Source: Octopus bimaculoides (Eukaryota). From it: a stretch of DNA of 64,000 nucleotides. The position numbers were made by a program, and so were the translations under genes. The DNA lies in contig NC_068998.1 in assembly GCF_001194135.2 (NCBI RefSeq), positions 28,277,414-28,341,413 on the forward strand, read 5' to 3'. Below are positions 23,546 through 35,942 of the stretch, piece by piece (the stretch's first letter is position 1; every line of letters begins with the position of its first letter). The notes under the pieces were generated by a model. The model saw nothing but the letters and a program-made list of their open reading frames with translations, had not been told where the DNA came from and did not search any database.

Positions 23546-24142
23546 AGTAGTGTGTAAGAGAGGAAACTATGCTGGTATGGACATATGGTTCATATGGAAG
23601 ATATCATTTATTTAAATAAGGGCTGATCACTCTAAGTGGTTGGTGCTTCTAGAAGAATAAGAATAAGGAAACATGAGATATGTCAAAGGACTGTGACAAG
23701 TGGCAAAATGATGTGTTGGAGAAGACTTACCCAACCCATATAAACATAAAAAAAATATGAAAAATTGAGTAATTGAAGTTGGGTATAAAAATTTTAAATT
23801 TCCATCTACCATTCTCTCTCTCTCTCTCTCTCTCTGTTGCATCATTGTACTTTTCTTCTATAACTTTATTTCCCATCATTCATAGGATCTGTACATATTC
23901 AATGCCCTTTCTTTATCTCTCTCACCCTGGAATTATGATGGAAAAGAAATCATTATTGAAAAGTAGGGGAGAAAACATCCAGAATTTAAAGTGAAAGACA
24001 AAAAAGGCAAAATTAAACTCAATAGTATTTGAACTCAGAATGTAAAGATCCATAGAAAATACTGTAAGGCATTTTGTCTGAAATTCTAATAGTTTGGCTG
24101 CTGCTGCTGCCACCACTGTCGTCATTGCTATCACCACCATCG

Positions 24143-24179
<37 letters not shown>

Positions 24180-24414
24180 TTTTACACTTTTTAACATCTA
24201 ACTTTTCAATGCTTGCATGACTCAGATGGGAGAATATTTTCTACAGCCAGCCATCAAGTGTTCCAAGTGTTTCCAGCTGAAGTAATAATCTCTCAGTTTA
24301 TTGAACAATGAAAGCCTGGGGATGTTTATTCAGAGAAATGGAAACAAAGAACACCTTATGAAAGAACCTTTGTGTACAAAGATAGCACAATGGGTCAAGT
24401 TAAGTCGAGAAGGC

Positions 24415-24572
24415 ACAAGAGTGGCTGTGCGGTAAGAAATTTGCTTCCCAACCACATGGTTCCAGGTCCAGTTCAACTGCATCGTACCTTGGGCAAGTGT
24501 CTCCTACCATAGCCTCAGGCTGACCCAAGCCTTGTGAGTGGATTTGATAGACAGAAACTGAGAGAAACCCAT

Positions 24573-24650
<78 letters not shown>

Positions 24651-24795
24651 TTTGTGTATAATGTTTTGTGTTTGTGTTTATCCCTCACCATCGCTTGACA
24701 ACCGGTGCTGGTGTGTTTATGTCCTTGTAACTTAGCATGGTTGCAGCATGATCGTAGCATGGCAGCAGTCTAATAACAGAAACAAGTAAAAGATC
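24415..24795 (+). mobile_element. tRNA-headed SINE
   Basis: Same family, with central (TG)n. Confidence 0.8.
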
Positions 24796-24949
24796 AAACC
24801 TAAACCTGGACATGCTTTCATAGTGGTTTCTAAGCAAATGACATTATCAGTGAAGTGATTGCCTACAATGAGCAATCACAGATACGCATACATGCATGGA
24901 CACACACACACACATGCACATACATGCACATACATGCACATACACACAG

Positions 24950-25100
24950 ATGTGATTGGCTTCTTTCATCTTCCATCGATCAAATCCATTTACAAAGTTT
25001 TGGTTGACTTGGGGTTATTGTAGAAGACGCTTGTCCAAGGTGCCATGCAGTGGGACTGAACCCCAAACCACATGATTAGGAAACAAACTCATAAACTATG
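24950..25100 (-). mobile_element. SINE 5' module
   Basis: ggcttctttc...caaatcc...caaggtgccatgcagtgggactgaaccc is the reverse complement of the head and core. Confidence 0.7.
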
Positions 25101-25249
25101 TCTGTGTACATATATATGAGAAAATTACAATTAATACAGAGATTAGTACAGTTACATATTTTCTATTTCTACAATCAATTATGCAGCGTATTTGATTTAA
25201 ATGCATCTGGTGCACATTTTTGCTGCATAGCCTTCTTGAAATTGCTATT

Positions 25250-25800
25250 ATATCTACCATAAGTTCTGTCCGATTTTATCTTTATTTAAAATTGAATGAA
25301 ATTTAATAGTATTTTAGAATGACTAATGGAATTAAAAAATATTTTTATGCATTTGTGTACATTTAAACTAATTAAATATTATTTTACAGAATAATAGAAT
25401 TAAAATTTTATTTGATTAAAACCCTTTCTAACATAGAAGTATCCAAAGAGCATTTGAGGCACATAATGCTTTATGAGTACAAAAAAGGAAACTCTGCAGC
25501 CGAAGCGACNNNNNNNNNNNNNNNNNNNNNNNNNNNNNNNNNNNNNNNNNNNNNNNNNNNNNNNNNNNNNNNNNNNNNNNNNNNNNNNNNNNNNNNNNNN
25601 NNNNNNNNNNNNNNNNNNNNNNNNNNNNNNNNNNNNNNNNNNNNNNNNNNNNNNNNNNNNNNNNNNNNNNNNNNNNNNNNNNNNNNNNNNNNNNNNNNNN
25701 NNNNNNNNNNNNNNNNNATAAAGCTTAGTTCAAACCATACAACTGTTCATCGTCATCTTCAACAATTTGGAAAGGTTCTTAAACTTGGAAAATGGGTGGT
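25250..25800 (+). mobile_element. mariner element, 5' part
   Basis: TIR-like ccataagttctgtccgatttt; VSKEHLRHIMLYEYKKGNSAAEA; HTTVHRHLQQFGKVLKLGKWV (WVPH-like); broken by a microsatellite and LINE fragment. Confidence 0.85.
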
Positions 25801-25827
25801 GGTGGTGGTGGTGGTGGCGGTGGCGGT

Positions 25828-25868
<41 letters not shown>

Positions 25869-25879
25869 TGATGATGATG

Positions 25880-26100
25880 ATGTTTTTTTTTCAGATTGGG
25901 TGGTATTGAACCCACTGCTCCAATGACAATAGAGATAATCTTTATGTTCGATTCTCGCCACATCTTAATGATCTCAATTCTCTGATCTCCATATTTGTCA
26001 ATTTTTTCTCTTTCTTTCATGATGGTGTGTTGATCTCCTGGCACTGCTACATCAATTATTAGGCACGCTTGTTTGCCCTCCTAAAGATTTTTGCCTTCCC
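25880..26100 (-). mobile_element. R4/Dong RLE fragment (family 2), truncated at both ends
   Basis: CLIIDVAVPGDQH...EKIDKYGD.RIEI...IVIGAVGSIP. Confidence 0.8.
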
Positions 26101-26140
26101 CTTTTCGTCCTCTGGGACCACCGAAGTCTGGATATAGTAA

Positions 26141-26533
26141 CCTTTAGGAGGGACAAACAAAAGTGCCTAATAATTGCCGTAGCAGTGCCAGGAGATCAAC
26201 ACATCATCATGAAAGAAAGAGAAAAGGTTGATAAATATGGAGACTTGAGAATTGAGATCACTAAGACGTGGCAGCTACAAGAGTCAAGCATAAAAGTTAT
26301 TCCTATTGTCATTGGAGCATTGGGTTCAATACCATCCAATGTGACAAAACAACTGAAAATCTTAGAAATACCTTACAATATAGATGTATTGCAAAAGTCA
26401 GCATTACTTGGAACTGCATGCATATTGCTTAAAGTACTGTCTGATGGCCTTGTGACTTGACAAACTGTACAAACCCTCAGTAGACACAATATCTTCAATC
26501 AACAACTTCATGATATTGTATACTGTGTGACGT
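26141..26533 (+). mobile_element. R4/Dong RLE 3' fragment (family 2) ending at (TAA)n
   Basis: VAVPGDQH...EKVDKYGDL...VIPIVIGALGSIP...LQKSALLGTA.IL.KVL, short 3' UTR, then (TAA)n at 26534-26585. Confidence 0.9.
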
Positions 26534-26534
26534 C

Positions 26535-26578
<44 letters not shown>

Positions 26579-28051
26579 TAATAATGATGATAAGCCTGCT
26601 AGGCATGCAAGACTCCAAGAGCTCCAACAAAATCTGTGATAAAGAGAAAATAACAATACTAATATTAGAAGTAATAAATATGCAGATGTACTAATCTTCA
26701 TATTCATTGTAACTGTCTTAGATATAGACTTGGTAAAATATTTATAATCCAGCAAAGTGAACCCAAGATTTACCCATCAGATGAAATACATTGGGATTGC
26801 TTACCTAAAGTAAACCTAGGTGCTCCTTACAACTTGATGCAGTTAGCCATAACCTAGGTTATAACTGAATGCTCGAATAGTACCCATCTGGATACTTTAT
26901 GGAAGCCTTAATTCCTTCAAATAATTATAAATAAAATCTCCTCTCATCTGTTTACTTTTTAATATACCTGCTAATATAAGTAAATCTGTGTGTACAATTT
27001 TTTCTATTCTGCCATTATAATAGTGTTGAGTTTTGTAATTTGGTGTAATGTTACAACAGTTCTAAAGAACAGGATAATATAATTTAGGCTCCTCTCGTAA
27101 TTACCATTGAATTATTTGAAACAAGAAATCAGTATGGTCTTAAAAATTATCACCATACCACCCAGGAAAGTCTCTATAAAATGTTTTCTATAAAAGATCA
27201 TCAAGTAAAAGGTTCAGGCAGCAAGCTTATTTTTATGACAGACAAGATAAACAAAATGATAAATGTAAATTTGGATTAAAAATTAAGTTCCTCTCCCTCA
27301 AAGCTATTAGAACTATTTAGAGTTGAACTATTTTGTGCGATAAAAAACTTTAAATTCAGGAATGTTAACAATATCTTCCACATAAAATTAAATATCAAAA
27401 TACTAGTAATCAAAAATTCAAATTGTATACATGTCCAACTAGATTAAACAAAATCTCCATTATGTGGATATCAACACAGCCTTTATAATTAACTTAATTA
27501 CAAATAAATATATAAGAAATTCAACACCCACAAAAGAAATATAATAAATAAATAAATAAAAGATGAATAGATTACTTTAAATCTCAAATAACTGACAAAA
27601 GAAAACCATTATCACCAAAGCAACCATTTTTTCTCTTGAAGGTTCATAAAAATATTTCAAAAGCAAACTTTATGTCAGACTTAGTTTGACCAAAACTGAT
27701 GCAGGTCAGGAAAATGATCGACTTATTGCTATATGGAAAATGACAACAACACTACCATTATTGCAAAACACATCAACAATGATTAAATGGCTTAATGTAA
27801 TTCCACGCTACAAAACTTTGTTAAGAAGCTAATAATTTATTAACTCTTTTGTTACCAAATTTCTGTTGAAATACATTGTCTTTATTTCAATTCAGTTTGG
27901 AAATTATGATGAATTTAGTAAAATGATTTTTATATTGTTAAGCTGGTGTTTGAAGCATGAATTGATATGAAAGTTTGATGGAAAGTTTTAATTTTAATCA
28001 CAATAAAACATGCATGTATGTATATGCGCGCGCGTGTGTGTGTGTGTGTGT

Positions 28052-28230
28052 ACTTTTCCGTTTTTAATTATTTAAACTCTTTCTTTTAAGAAGGAGTTGC
28101 TTTCTAACAAAGATACAAAGCTCCGTTGTCAGAATGTAGATAATACAATGTCACATTTTAAACTTGAGAAAAGTCTTGCACAGTTTTACTATTCTGCTTA
28201 CAAATTGATATTGGTAATGTGCAAGTCAGT
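28052..28230 (-). mobile_element. R4/Dong 3' end (family 1, copy F)
   Basis: IVKLCK motif and family 3' UTR (gtatctttgttagaaa); abuts (TG)n/(TATG). Confidence 0.6.
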
Positions 28231-29039
28231 TGGTTGTGTATGTATGAATGTATTCCCTCTCGCACGACAGTTTGAAGCTTGCTAACTCATGAGATACCCA
28301 CCCACTTCCACTCTCACCACCAATTGTGCCTCTACCTCCAATACGCCCTCCCTACCAACATTGGAATTCTTCCCTATTTTTGTGCTCTCCCTTGATATAT
28401 AAAATGCCCAAAATGCTGTGGTTGTCTGTATCTTTCCATAAGTTATATGCTTCATACGTTTGTTACTTCTAGTAGAAAGACCACCCTCCGGGCAGTTTTT
28501 CTGCAAGCCACTCAATAATATTTCCATATTTGATTCCCAATTCTAATAATTTTTATGATATTTTATGTCTAATTATTTCTTTGTATAATAGGATTCACTT
28601 GCTTAGTAAATATTGCTTTCATTATTTTACCACAGTCATATCTCTCTTTTTTAAAGAGTCAACCTGTTATAAATAGTTATCATTAATAATTGGTAGAAAT
28701 TACATAGGTGTGCATAGATAGATAAATAGATGGATGGATGGAGAGATACACACATGCACACGCGTATACACACACACACACACACACAAGTCTGGTGCTG
28801 TTAGAACACATGGGAATGACATTTCCTTTTTCAAATATACCAAAATTCACAATGATCTAATATAATGATATCATTCATTGAGCATGTGTTGAAATATGCC
28901 AAAGCAATTTAATTCCACACAAATATATGTTACTTTATATATAATTTATGTATTAATTCTATTTACTGAAACTTGCTAAAAAGCATATCTTGCTTTAAAG
29001 TAGTATCTCCTTGTAAACAGAGTTGTCAGTAATCAAACT

Positions 29040-29960
29040 GTTTTAATTTCTCTCAGCCAATATTTTTGCATTAGCCTTCTTTCGAACTCTAGATAATGCA
29101 ACATACAGCTGACCATGTGAGAAGAATTGTGTCGGAAGATATATTCCAATTTGTTCAAAAGTCTGCCCCTGTGACTTGTTGCACGTCAAAGCAAAAGCTG
29201 GGTTGACAGGAAATTGTTTGTGTGTAAATGTGAATGGAAATTCCATTTCTTGAGATACACGTGGCATTCTTGGGATTAGCATAGTTGATCCTGCATAAGA
29301 GCCAGAAGCAACCTCAGCCTCAATAACATGATCATGTAAACTGACAATGATGAATCGTGTGTAATTTCAATGTCCATTGCTTGTTGATGAACTCGATTGG
29401 TTACAGAGTTTCAGTATTAACTGTATCTGAACTTCTGCATATTTTTAGCTCACCAGAGATCCTGGTCAACAGAAAATCATTCGCAAATTGTGCTGCTTCA
29501 TTTGTTGCAAATGGTTCTATTTGCAAGCCACACAAGGTTTTTGGAGTTATTTTTGCATATACAAAATCACATAGATCTGAAAGAGTACCACTTTCAAGGT
29601 AAAGGTCATTGGGTAGTTTGACTTTGAATTCACCTAGGCTTTGTTCAACAGAAATGTTACCATTTCCTACATCAAGAAGCCAATTAGCAAACTCTCTTTC
29701 ATCAGAATGACCTTCTGTAAGAAGTCTTAGATTGGTTGTCAACTCCGCTACTGCATGATTGCAATTTGTGATCTGACACCATTATTTTCAAGTAGAATAT
29801 TCTCCTCCCTTTTACAGTTGGTCATGTGTAACGGAAACATGTCTACATCTCCTTGCATATTCAGTTGCTTTGCTCTGGTTTCATCTGATTCAGTTGCCCT
29901 TCTTTCGCTCTGCCATTGTGCCTTTGCTGCTAAATTTTCTTTTTCAGTTGCATATTAAAT
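29040..29960 (-). mobile_element. Helitron RepHel remnant with internal deletion
   Basis: PIF1 helicase C-terminal motifs LTTNLRL...FANWLLDVGNG, LIPRMP...FPVNPAFALTCNKSQGQT...FSHGQLYVALSRV, preceded directly by an N-terminal ERRATESDETRAK segment. Confidence 0.9.
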
Positions 29961-30054
29961 ATAAAGGAAAGCTCATTAAAACTATCTTGTTTAGCGTGCT
30001 AGAAATAGCAGTGACCACATAGTTATTATTGTAAGGCTTATAGCGTTCCAAGAA

Positions 30055-30330
30055 AAAAAAATTATACCGATATAGTAAAGAATTTTCACTTTATCAAAAA
30101 TACTCATTTAACAAACTCTAGAAACTGATAATATTCTTGAAATTGTGCCACGTATCAAAGTTATACAGCTATTTTGTGTAACAGTATGCATTCACTCAAC
30201 ACAAAAATCGCTTAAAAATTATACCAGTATATTAAAGAATTTTTATTTTATCAAAAATATTCATTTAACAAACTCCAGAAACTGATAATATTCTTGAAAT
30301 TGTGTCTCGTATCAAAGTTATATAGCTATT
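30055..30330. repeat. Diverged direct duplication of about 115 bp next to the Helitron 5' region
   Basis: aaaattatacc...tcaaagttatacagctatt at about 30056-30172 and again at about 30215-30330. Confidence 0.85.
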
Positions 30331-30959
30331 AATAAATTATTATTAATGAAAATAGAGGCGAGCAAGAATGAGAGACTGTTGCAAATAAAAACATAAAATG
30401 TTGCCTGCAATGAATTAATAGTGTTTATTATAAAACATCAAAATCTACTCTGCAGCGAATGCAATGAATATTTAAATTTGCCAGAATTTGGATTTAAAAA
30501 ATTCAATAAACTTCAGAAATCGAAATTAAAGGCAATTTCTTAGAACATGAATTTATAAGAATATTTCCAGATTGTCAAGCTTTTAATATTACTTTCTTTT
30601 AGTACTTTTAGTAATTGTTACATACCTAATTAATAAACAGCTTTCTCCATTACAGTATAGGTTTCCGCCCCCTCCTTTTGTATACTATGCACAACAGTGA
30701 ATATATAAGAATTCATAGCAAAAACTTGTGGCATCGTCAATAGTAATGACATAGGAATACTTGCATATATACATACATACATACATATATATATATATTT
30801 ACCTATTGTAGCATGTACAGCAAGTGTTCTAGAATGAATAAATTAATGAATGATGGTAAAGTAAATGAAAGAGCAGACATAACAATGTGTGTAAAGCTAC
30901 CAACTGCCAGCAAACCACAACAAATTTTCATATTCCTCACAGTTGTCATCAAATGATAA

Positions 30960-31370
30960 TGCAGGAGTGGCTGTGTGGTAAGTAGCTTGCTTACCAGCCA
31001 CATGGTTTCGGGTTCAGTCTCACTGCGTGGCATCTTGGGCAAGTGTCTTCTACTATAGTCTCGGGCCGACCAAAGCCTTGTGAGTGGATTTGGTAGACGG
31101 AAACTGAAAGAAACCCGTCGTATATATGTATGTATATATATGTGTGTGTGTTTGTGTGTCTGTGTTTGTCCCCCTAGCATTGCTTGACAACCGATGCTGG
31201 TGTGCTTATGTCCCCGTAACTTAGCGGTTCGGCAAAAAATACCGATAGAATAAGTACTAGGCTTACAAAGAATAAGTCCCGGGGTCGATTTGCTCGACTA
31301 AAGGCGGTGCTCCAGCATGGCCACAGTCAAATGACTGAAACAAGTAAAAGAGTAAAAGAGTAAAAGAGTA
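30960..31370 (+). mobile_element. Young, near-intact tRNA-headed SINE
   Basis: Full head, core, microsatellite and 3' module with (gagtaaaa)n tail; CpGs retained. Confidence 0.95.
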
Positions 31371-31444
31371 ACCAACAACCAAACAGCATCTCCACTGGAG
31401 ACATCTCTCCTCTTCTTGTAGATTCCCAAACTTTAGGGGTATAG

Positions 31445-32220
31445 CCATAAATGTTGGTACAATGAAAGGTAGACGTGGTGAGACTGGAAATGCTTAAATG
31501 GAGATAAGTGGATGTTCACTGTGTGCAAGAGATAAGATGGAAAGAATCCTCAACCAAATTCCTCATTGGTAAAAAACAGTGATAAAAATTCTTCCGGGCG
31601 AGTAATAGTGATAGTATGGGTAGAGTATGCATACTGTTAACTGAGAAATGGCTAGATAAAATAATTGAGTTATTCAGTATGTGTGATAGGATAAATAAGA
31701 TGAGACAACTTAACTTATAGACAACTTGGTTATCTCTACACATGCTGCACAGGCAGAATTGACAGAAAAACAGAAAGACAATTGACAGTAGCTTCACTAC
31801 TGGAAGTGGAGACTTTAACGGGAATGTTGGCCAATGGTTCAAGAATTGAGGTGGGCTTCAGGATCCTGGAGTTCTGTAAAGTAACTGATCAGATAATTTG
31901 CAGCACACACTTTAAGAAACCAATCAATCACCTTACCACTTACCAATCTTGCGGACACATAAATCAGATTCTTTCTGACCAGAAATGGGGCAGAAGGGCC
32001 ACTGTAAGTATGAAGACTTACCAGGTAGAGACTACACTATGTAACATTGATTAGTGGCTGGTGACAACAGAGTCAAAGTTAGGTAGACACGAAAACAAGA
32101 AACGATATGGAACGGAAGATATGGTAACTAAAAGATTTCACAATTAGGAATATATTTAAAGAAATTTTAGTTGACGCATATGACTGTAAGGAGGAAAATG
32201 TAGATAAATTTCTATGAAAC
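31445..32220 (+). mobile_element. RTE LINE AP-endonuclease fragment
   Basis: NVGTMKGR.GE...VD..CVQE.RWK motif and downstream degenerate APE sequence. Confidence 0.7.
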
Positions 32221-32229
32221 ATCACGATT

Positions 32230-32940
32230 AGAACTACATGTTTTGAAAAGCACCTTTAAATTATCATTCCTCTCTCTATTTTCTACCTGCCACTTCGCAA
32301 GACCGTTACTCACTCTTTAGCCACATACATGCATCCATGATCACATTCTTCTATTGCTTCATTCGTGTCCACTCTTCATTTGAAAAAGATCACTTTCTTC
32401 TGTCATTTTATTTTTTCTGCAGCACATATGTAACAATATCTTGCTTTCCATCTTCTTGCATCTACCTTTCCTGGATTGTACCTTTTCCCCAGACACTTTG
32501 TATCATCCTCTAGACTCTGTTTTACTCATTTTGTGAACTTTTGAATCCATCTCTTAGATTTTCTTTTAACAACTTCTTGGTCTTTCCTTCTCATCTCTGA
32601 ATCTAATCTTCTCAAACTTTTCCTTATTTTCAAATGTTTCACAGCTGCTCGCCCGAAGAAGAAAGTGCTTTTCCACCCTTAAATGCTTTTGCTTAAACAC
32701 GTGCGCCCATATGAATAGAACCATCTTCCTTGATCTTGTCATCCCATGTGCTTCTTCGACCTTTACCCCACCACTGTAACTTCTTCATATAGATATTGTC
32801 ACATTCCTCACCCAACGCACATACCAGCATCCCCACCTCTGCTGACCACATCAACAAACATGCACATGTAATTCCTACTTATGCTCACTCCTAAATATTA
32901 ATACATTGTAATACATGCATTTAACAACCTTAAACCAACT
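32230..32940 (-). mobile_element. Degraded LINE ORF fragment (probably RTE)
   Basis: Purine-rich minus strand with TW..K...KAFK-like post-APE motifs. Confidence 0.35.
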
Positions 32941-33879
32941 TCAGAGAACAGCATTCCTCCTGGTTTCATTGGTTTTGATACACATCTTAATATTTTTATG
33001 TATCTAGCCAAACAAATGTTCGGTTTTTCTGGGAGTATGTTGCTATTTGTGTTTGTGCATTTGTTTTTACCTTGTGCATTCCTGTCGGTTCTTGGTGCAT
33101 ATAAATATACTATAGCCAGCGCTTTTCATTCTCTTTAAGTTAAAATTTTCCCACCATACATTGATATAAGCTCTTCAACAAGAACAATGTCAAAGTTAGG
33201 TATGATAGTGCATCTCAAATATTCAAATACAACCAAAAATCATATTAGAAGAAATATTGTAACTGTTAGAAGCTGCTGTGTAAACGCTTGTCAAACGCAA
33301 CTGCCTCACTAAGGAGCTGCGTATAGAGCAAAGTTAACAACTATTAAGGCCACCAAGGATGCATATTTAAAACCACATGCACACAGAATACTTACTATTT
33401 TAGAGCCAAATACAGAATCAATTAAAACTCTTTCCCCCAATTTGTCTAACAATAGATGGATATGAGAGTTATCAACATAATTGAAAATGTAATTAAATGG
33501 ATCAAATTAAAAGGATCAGACATACAGCATATATTTGTTAGGAAAATATTGAATACTGAATCCTCCTCCACCTCCTCCTCCACCTCGTCCCCCNNNNNNN
33601 NNNNNNNNNNNNNNNNNNNNNNNNNNNNNNNNNNNNNNNNNNNNNNNNNNNNNNNNNNNNNNNNNNNNNNNNNNNNNNNNNNNNNNNNNNNNNNNNNNNN
33701 NNNNNNNNNNNNNNNNNNNNNNNNNNNNNNNNNNNNNNNNNNNNNNNNNNNNNNNNNNNNNNNNNNNNNNNNNNNNNNNNNNNNNNNNNNNNNNNNNNNN
33801 NNNNNNNNNNNNNNNNNNNNNNNNNNNNNNNNNNNNNNNNNNNNNNNNNNNNNNNNNNNNNNTCCTCCTCCTCCATTTT

Positions 33880-34470
33880 AGCTCTGTTTCTCTTTGCGTA
33901 CTTCAATTTAACAGGCTGCTTTATTAACACCCCGACTCACCACTTGTCCCGGTCATTCGACATCTCGAGGTTTAGCATCTTGAAGCCATCTTTGACTTCG
34001 GTTTACTTCTTTCACATGTTCCTTCAACTGGGATTGTTTCGAACCTATTTACCCAACTATCATCCTTCATACGTATCCCATCTCCTTATCAGCGTAGTTT
34101 CTTCTCTTGCACACTATATCTAGCTTTCCTTTAACCTATTTCCGCTCCGTCGTGCATGTATTCTAGCATTATACATCAGAAGAGCATGCTCACCGAATTT
34201 CTTTCCAGAAATTCACGTCATTCACATTTAATGTCTATGTATCACTACTACGCAGCATCACACTTCGAACATTCACTCGGCGAGAGAATCTCTTCATTGT
34301 CAGCAGAAGTAATAGCTTTCTAAACTTCTCCTGCTGTATCCCTTATTTGTGAGGCTCACTTCCATCATACTTCTTGTACATAACACACAGTTAATGGTTT
34401 CCACAGAAGAACGATTGACAGCAACTTTACAATCTCTCCAGCCCTAACTTCTATCACATTAGCCATCAAC
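33880..34470 (-). mobile_element. RTE LINE C-terminal fragment
   Basis: EMLE-like segment and RMKDDSWVNR motif typical of the RTE RT C-terminus. Confidence 0.5.
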
Positions 34471-34761
34471 AGTAAACCTGACAGGTAGAAAAGCTTTCCA
34501 TCGGTGGTTGGATTGTTGTTTGATGTCTCTTCTCTACAGATGAAAAGAAGAGTATTCTATACTAAGGATCGGACGCATTACCGGCTTAAAAGAATATTAT
34601 TAAATACTGTTCAGTATCTAGAAAATTATCGACGATACTGATAAATATGCAACTTAGACGAACGACCTGGAATTTTGAGGGAGGTGAACACTCGATTATA
34701 TTGTTTCCAGTAGTTAAGTAATACTTGATTTTATCGACCACTGAGAAATGAAATGAAAATT

Positions 34762-35110
34762 GGGATCTATTTTAAAATGGGGCCACATTTTTCATTAATG
34801 TTTTACGTAGTGTTTTTGGTACCGAAAGACTTTCAGACTTCGTATACTTATCTATTTTATGTTATAGAACAGAAAAATATTTTTGTATTCGAATTTATTT
34901 CATGTAAAAAATTGTCTTATTTCGATAATTTCAACCAATCACTGACAAGTATTCAGTTGTTTATATTTACTCCTTTGGCTGATTAAGCGATGTAAAGCGT
35001 GTTTAATCTCCATACCTTCGTTTTATTTGCTTTTTTCATTTTAAATTTGCTTTAACCCTAACCCTAACCCTAACCCTAGGGTTAGGGTTAATTGTTTCAG
35101 AATCGTTTGT
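34762..35110. mobile_element. Palindromic MITE-like element, left arm and centre (rest in gap)
   Basis: The left arm is an imperfect reverse complement of 43990-44175; gtttcagaatcgtttgt at 35094-35110 is the start of the right arm. Confidence 0.65.
35053..35090. repeat. Inverted telomeric repeats (TAACCC)4 / (TTAGGG)2
   Basis: Perfect 26-bp palindrome at 35065-35090. Confidence 0.95.
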
Positions 35111-35852
35111 NNNNNNNNNNNNNNNNNNNNNNNNNNNNNNNNNNNNNNNNNNNNNNNNNNNNNNNNNNNNNNNNNNNNNNNNNNNNNNNNNNNNNNNNNN
35201 NNNNNNNNNNNNNNNNNNNNNNNNNNNNNNNNNNNNNNNNNNNNNNNNNNNNNNNNNNNNNNNNNNNNNNNNNNNNNNNNNNNNNNNNNNNNNNNNNNNN
35301 NNNNNNNNNNNNNNNNNNNNNNNNNNNNNNNNNNNNNNNNNNNNNNNNNNNNNNNNNNNNNNNNNNNNNNNNNNNNNNNNNNNNNNNNNNNNNNNNNNNN
35401 NNNNNNNNNNNNNNNNNNNNNNNNNNNNNNNNNNNNNNNNNNNNNNNNNNNNNNNNNNNNNNNNNNNNNNNNNNNNNNNNNNNNNNNNNNNNNNNNNNNN
35501 NNNNNNNNNNNNNNNNNNNNNNNNNNNNNNNNNNNNNNNNNNNNNNNNNNNNNNNNNNNNNNNNNNNNNNNNNNNNNNNNNNNNNNNNNNNNNNNNNNNN
35601 NNNNNNNNNNNNNNNNAGAGAAGATGAGTGAATTGGCAATAATAAATACGATATATGGAACTAATTAAATGTGATAATTAAAAATATTAATAACATGAAA
35701 GCCAGTAATTATTAGCTTAACTACTTTATCTGATTTGAGCCCTTTTGGTTGATTTTGTTACAGAAAGATAATGAGAAATTTTAATGTGTTCCTCTCCCAC
35801 CATTATCTACGACCAAATCTATATATCTGTAAATCTCTGTGCGGGGGTGAGT

Positions 35853-35897
<45 letters not shown>

Positions 35898-35898
35898 G

Positions 35899-35942
<44 letters not shown>

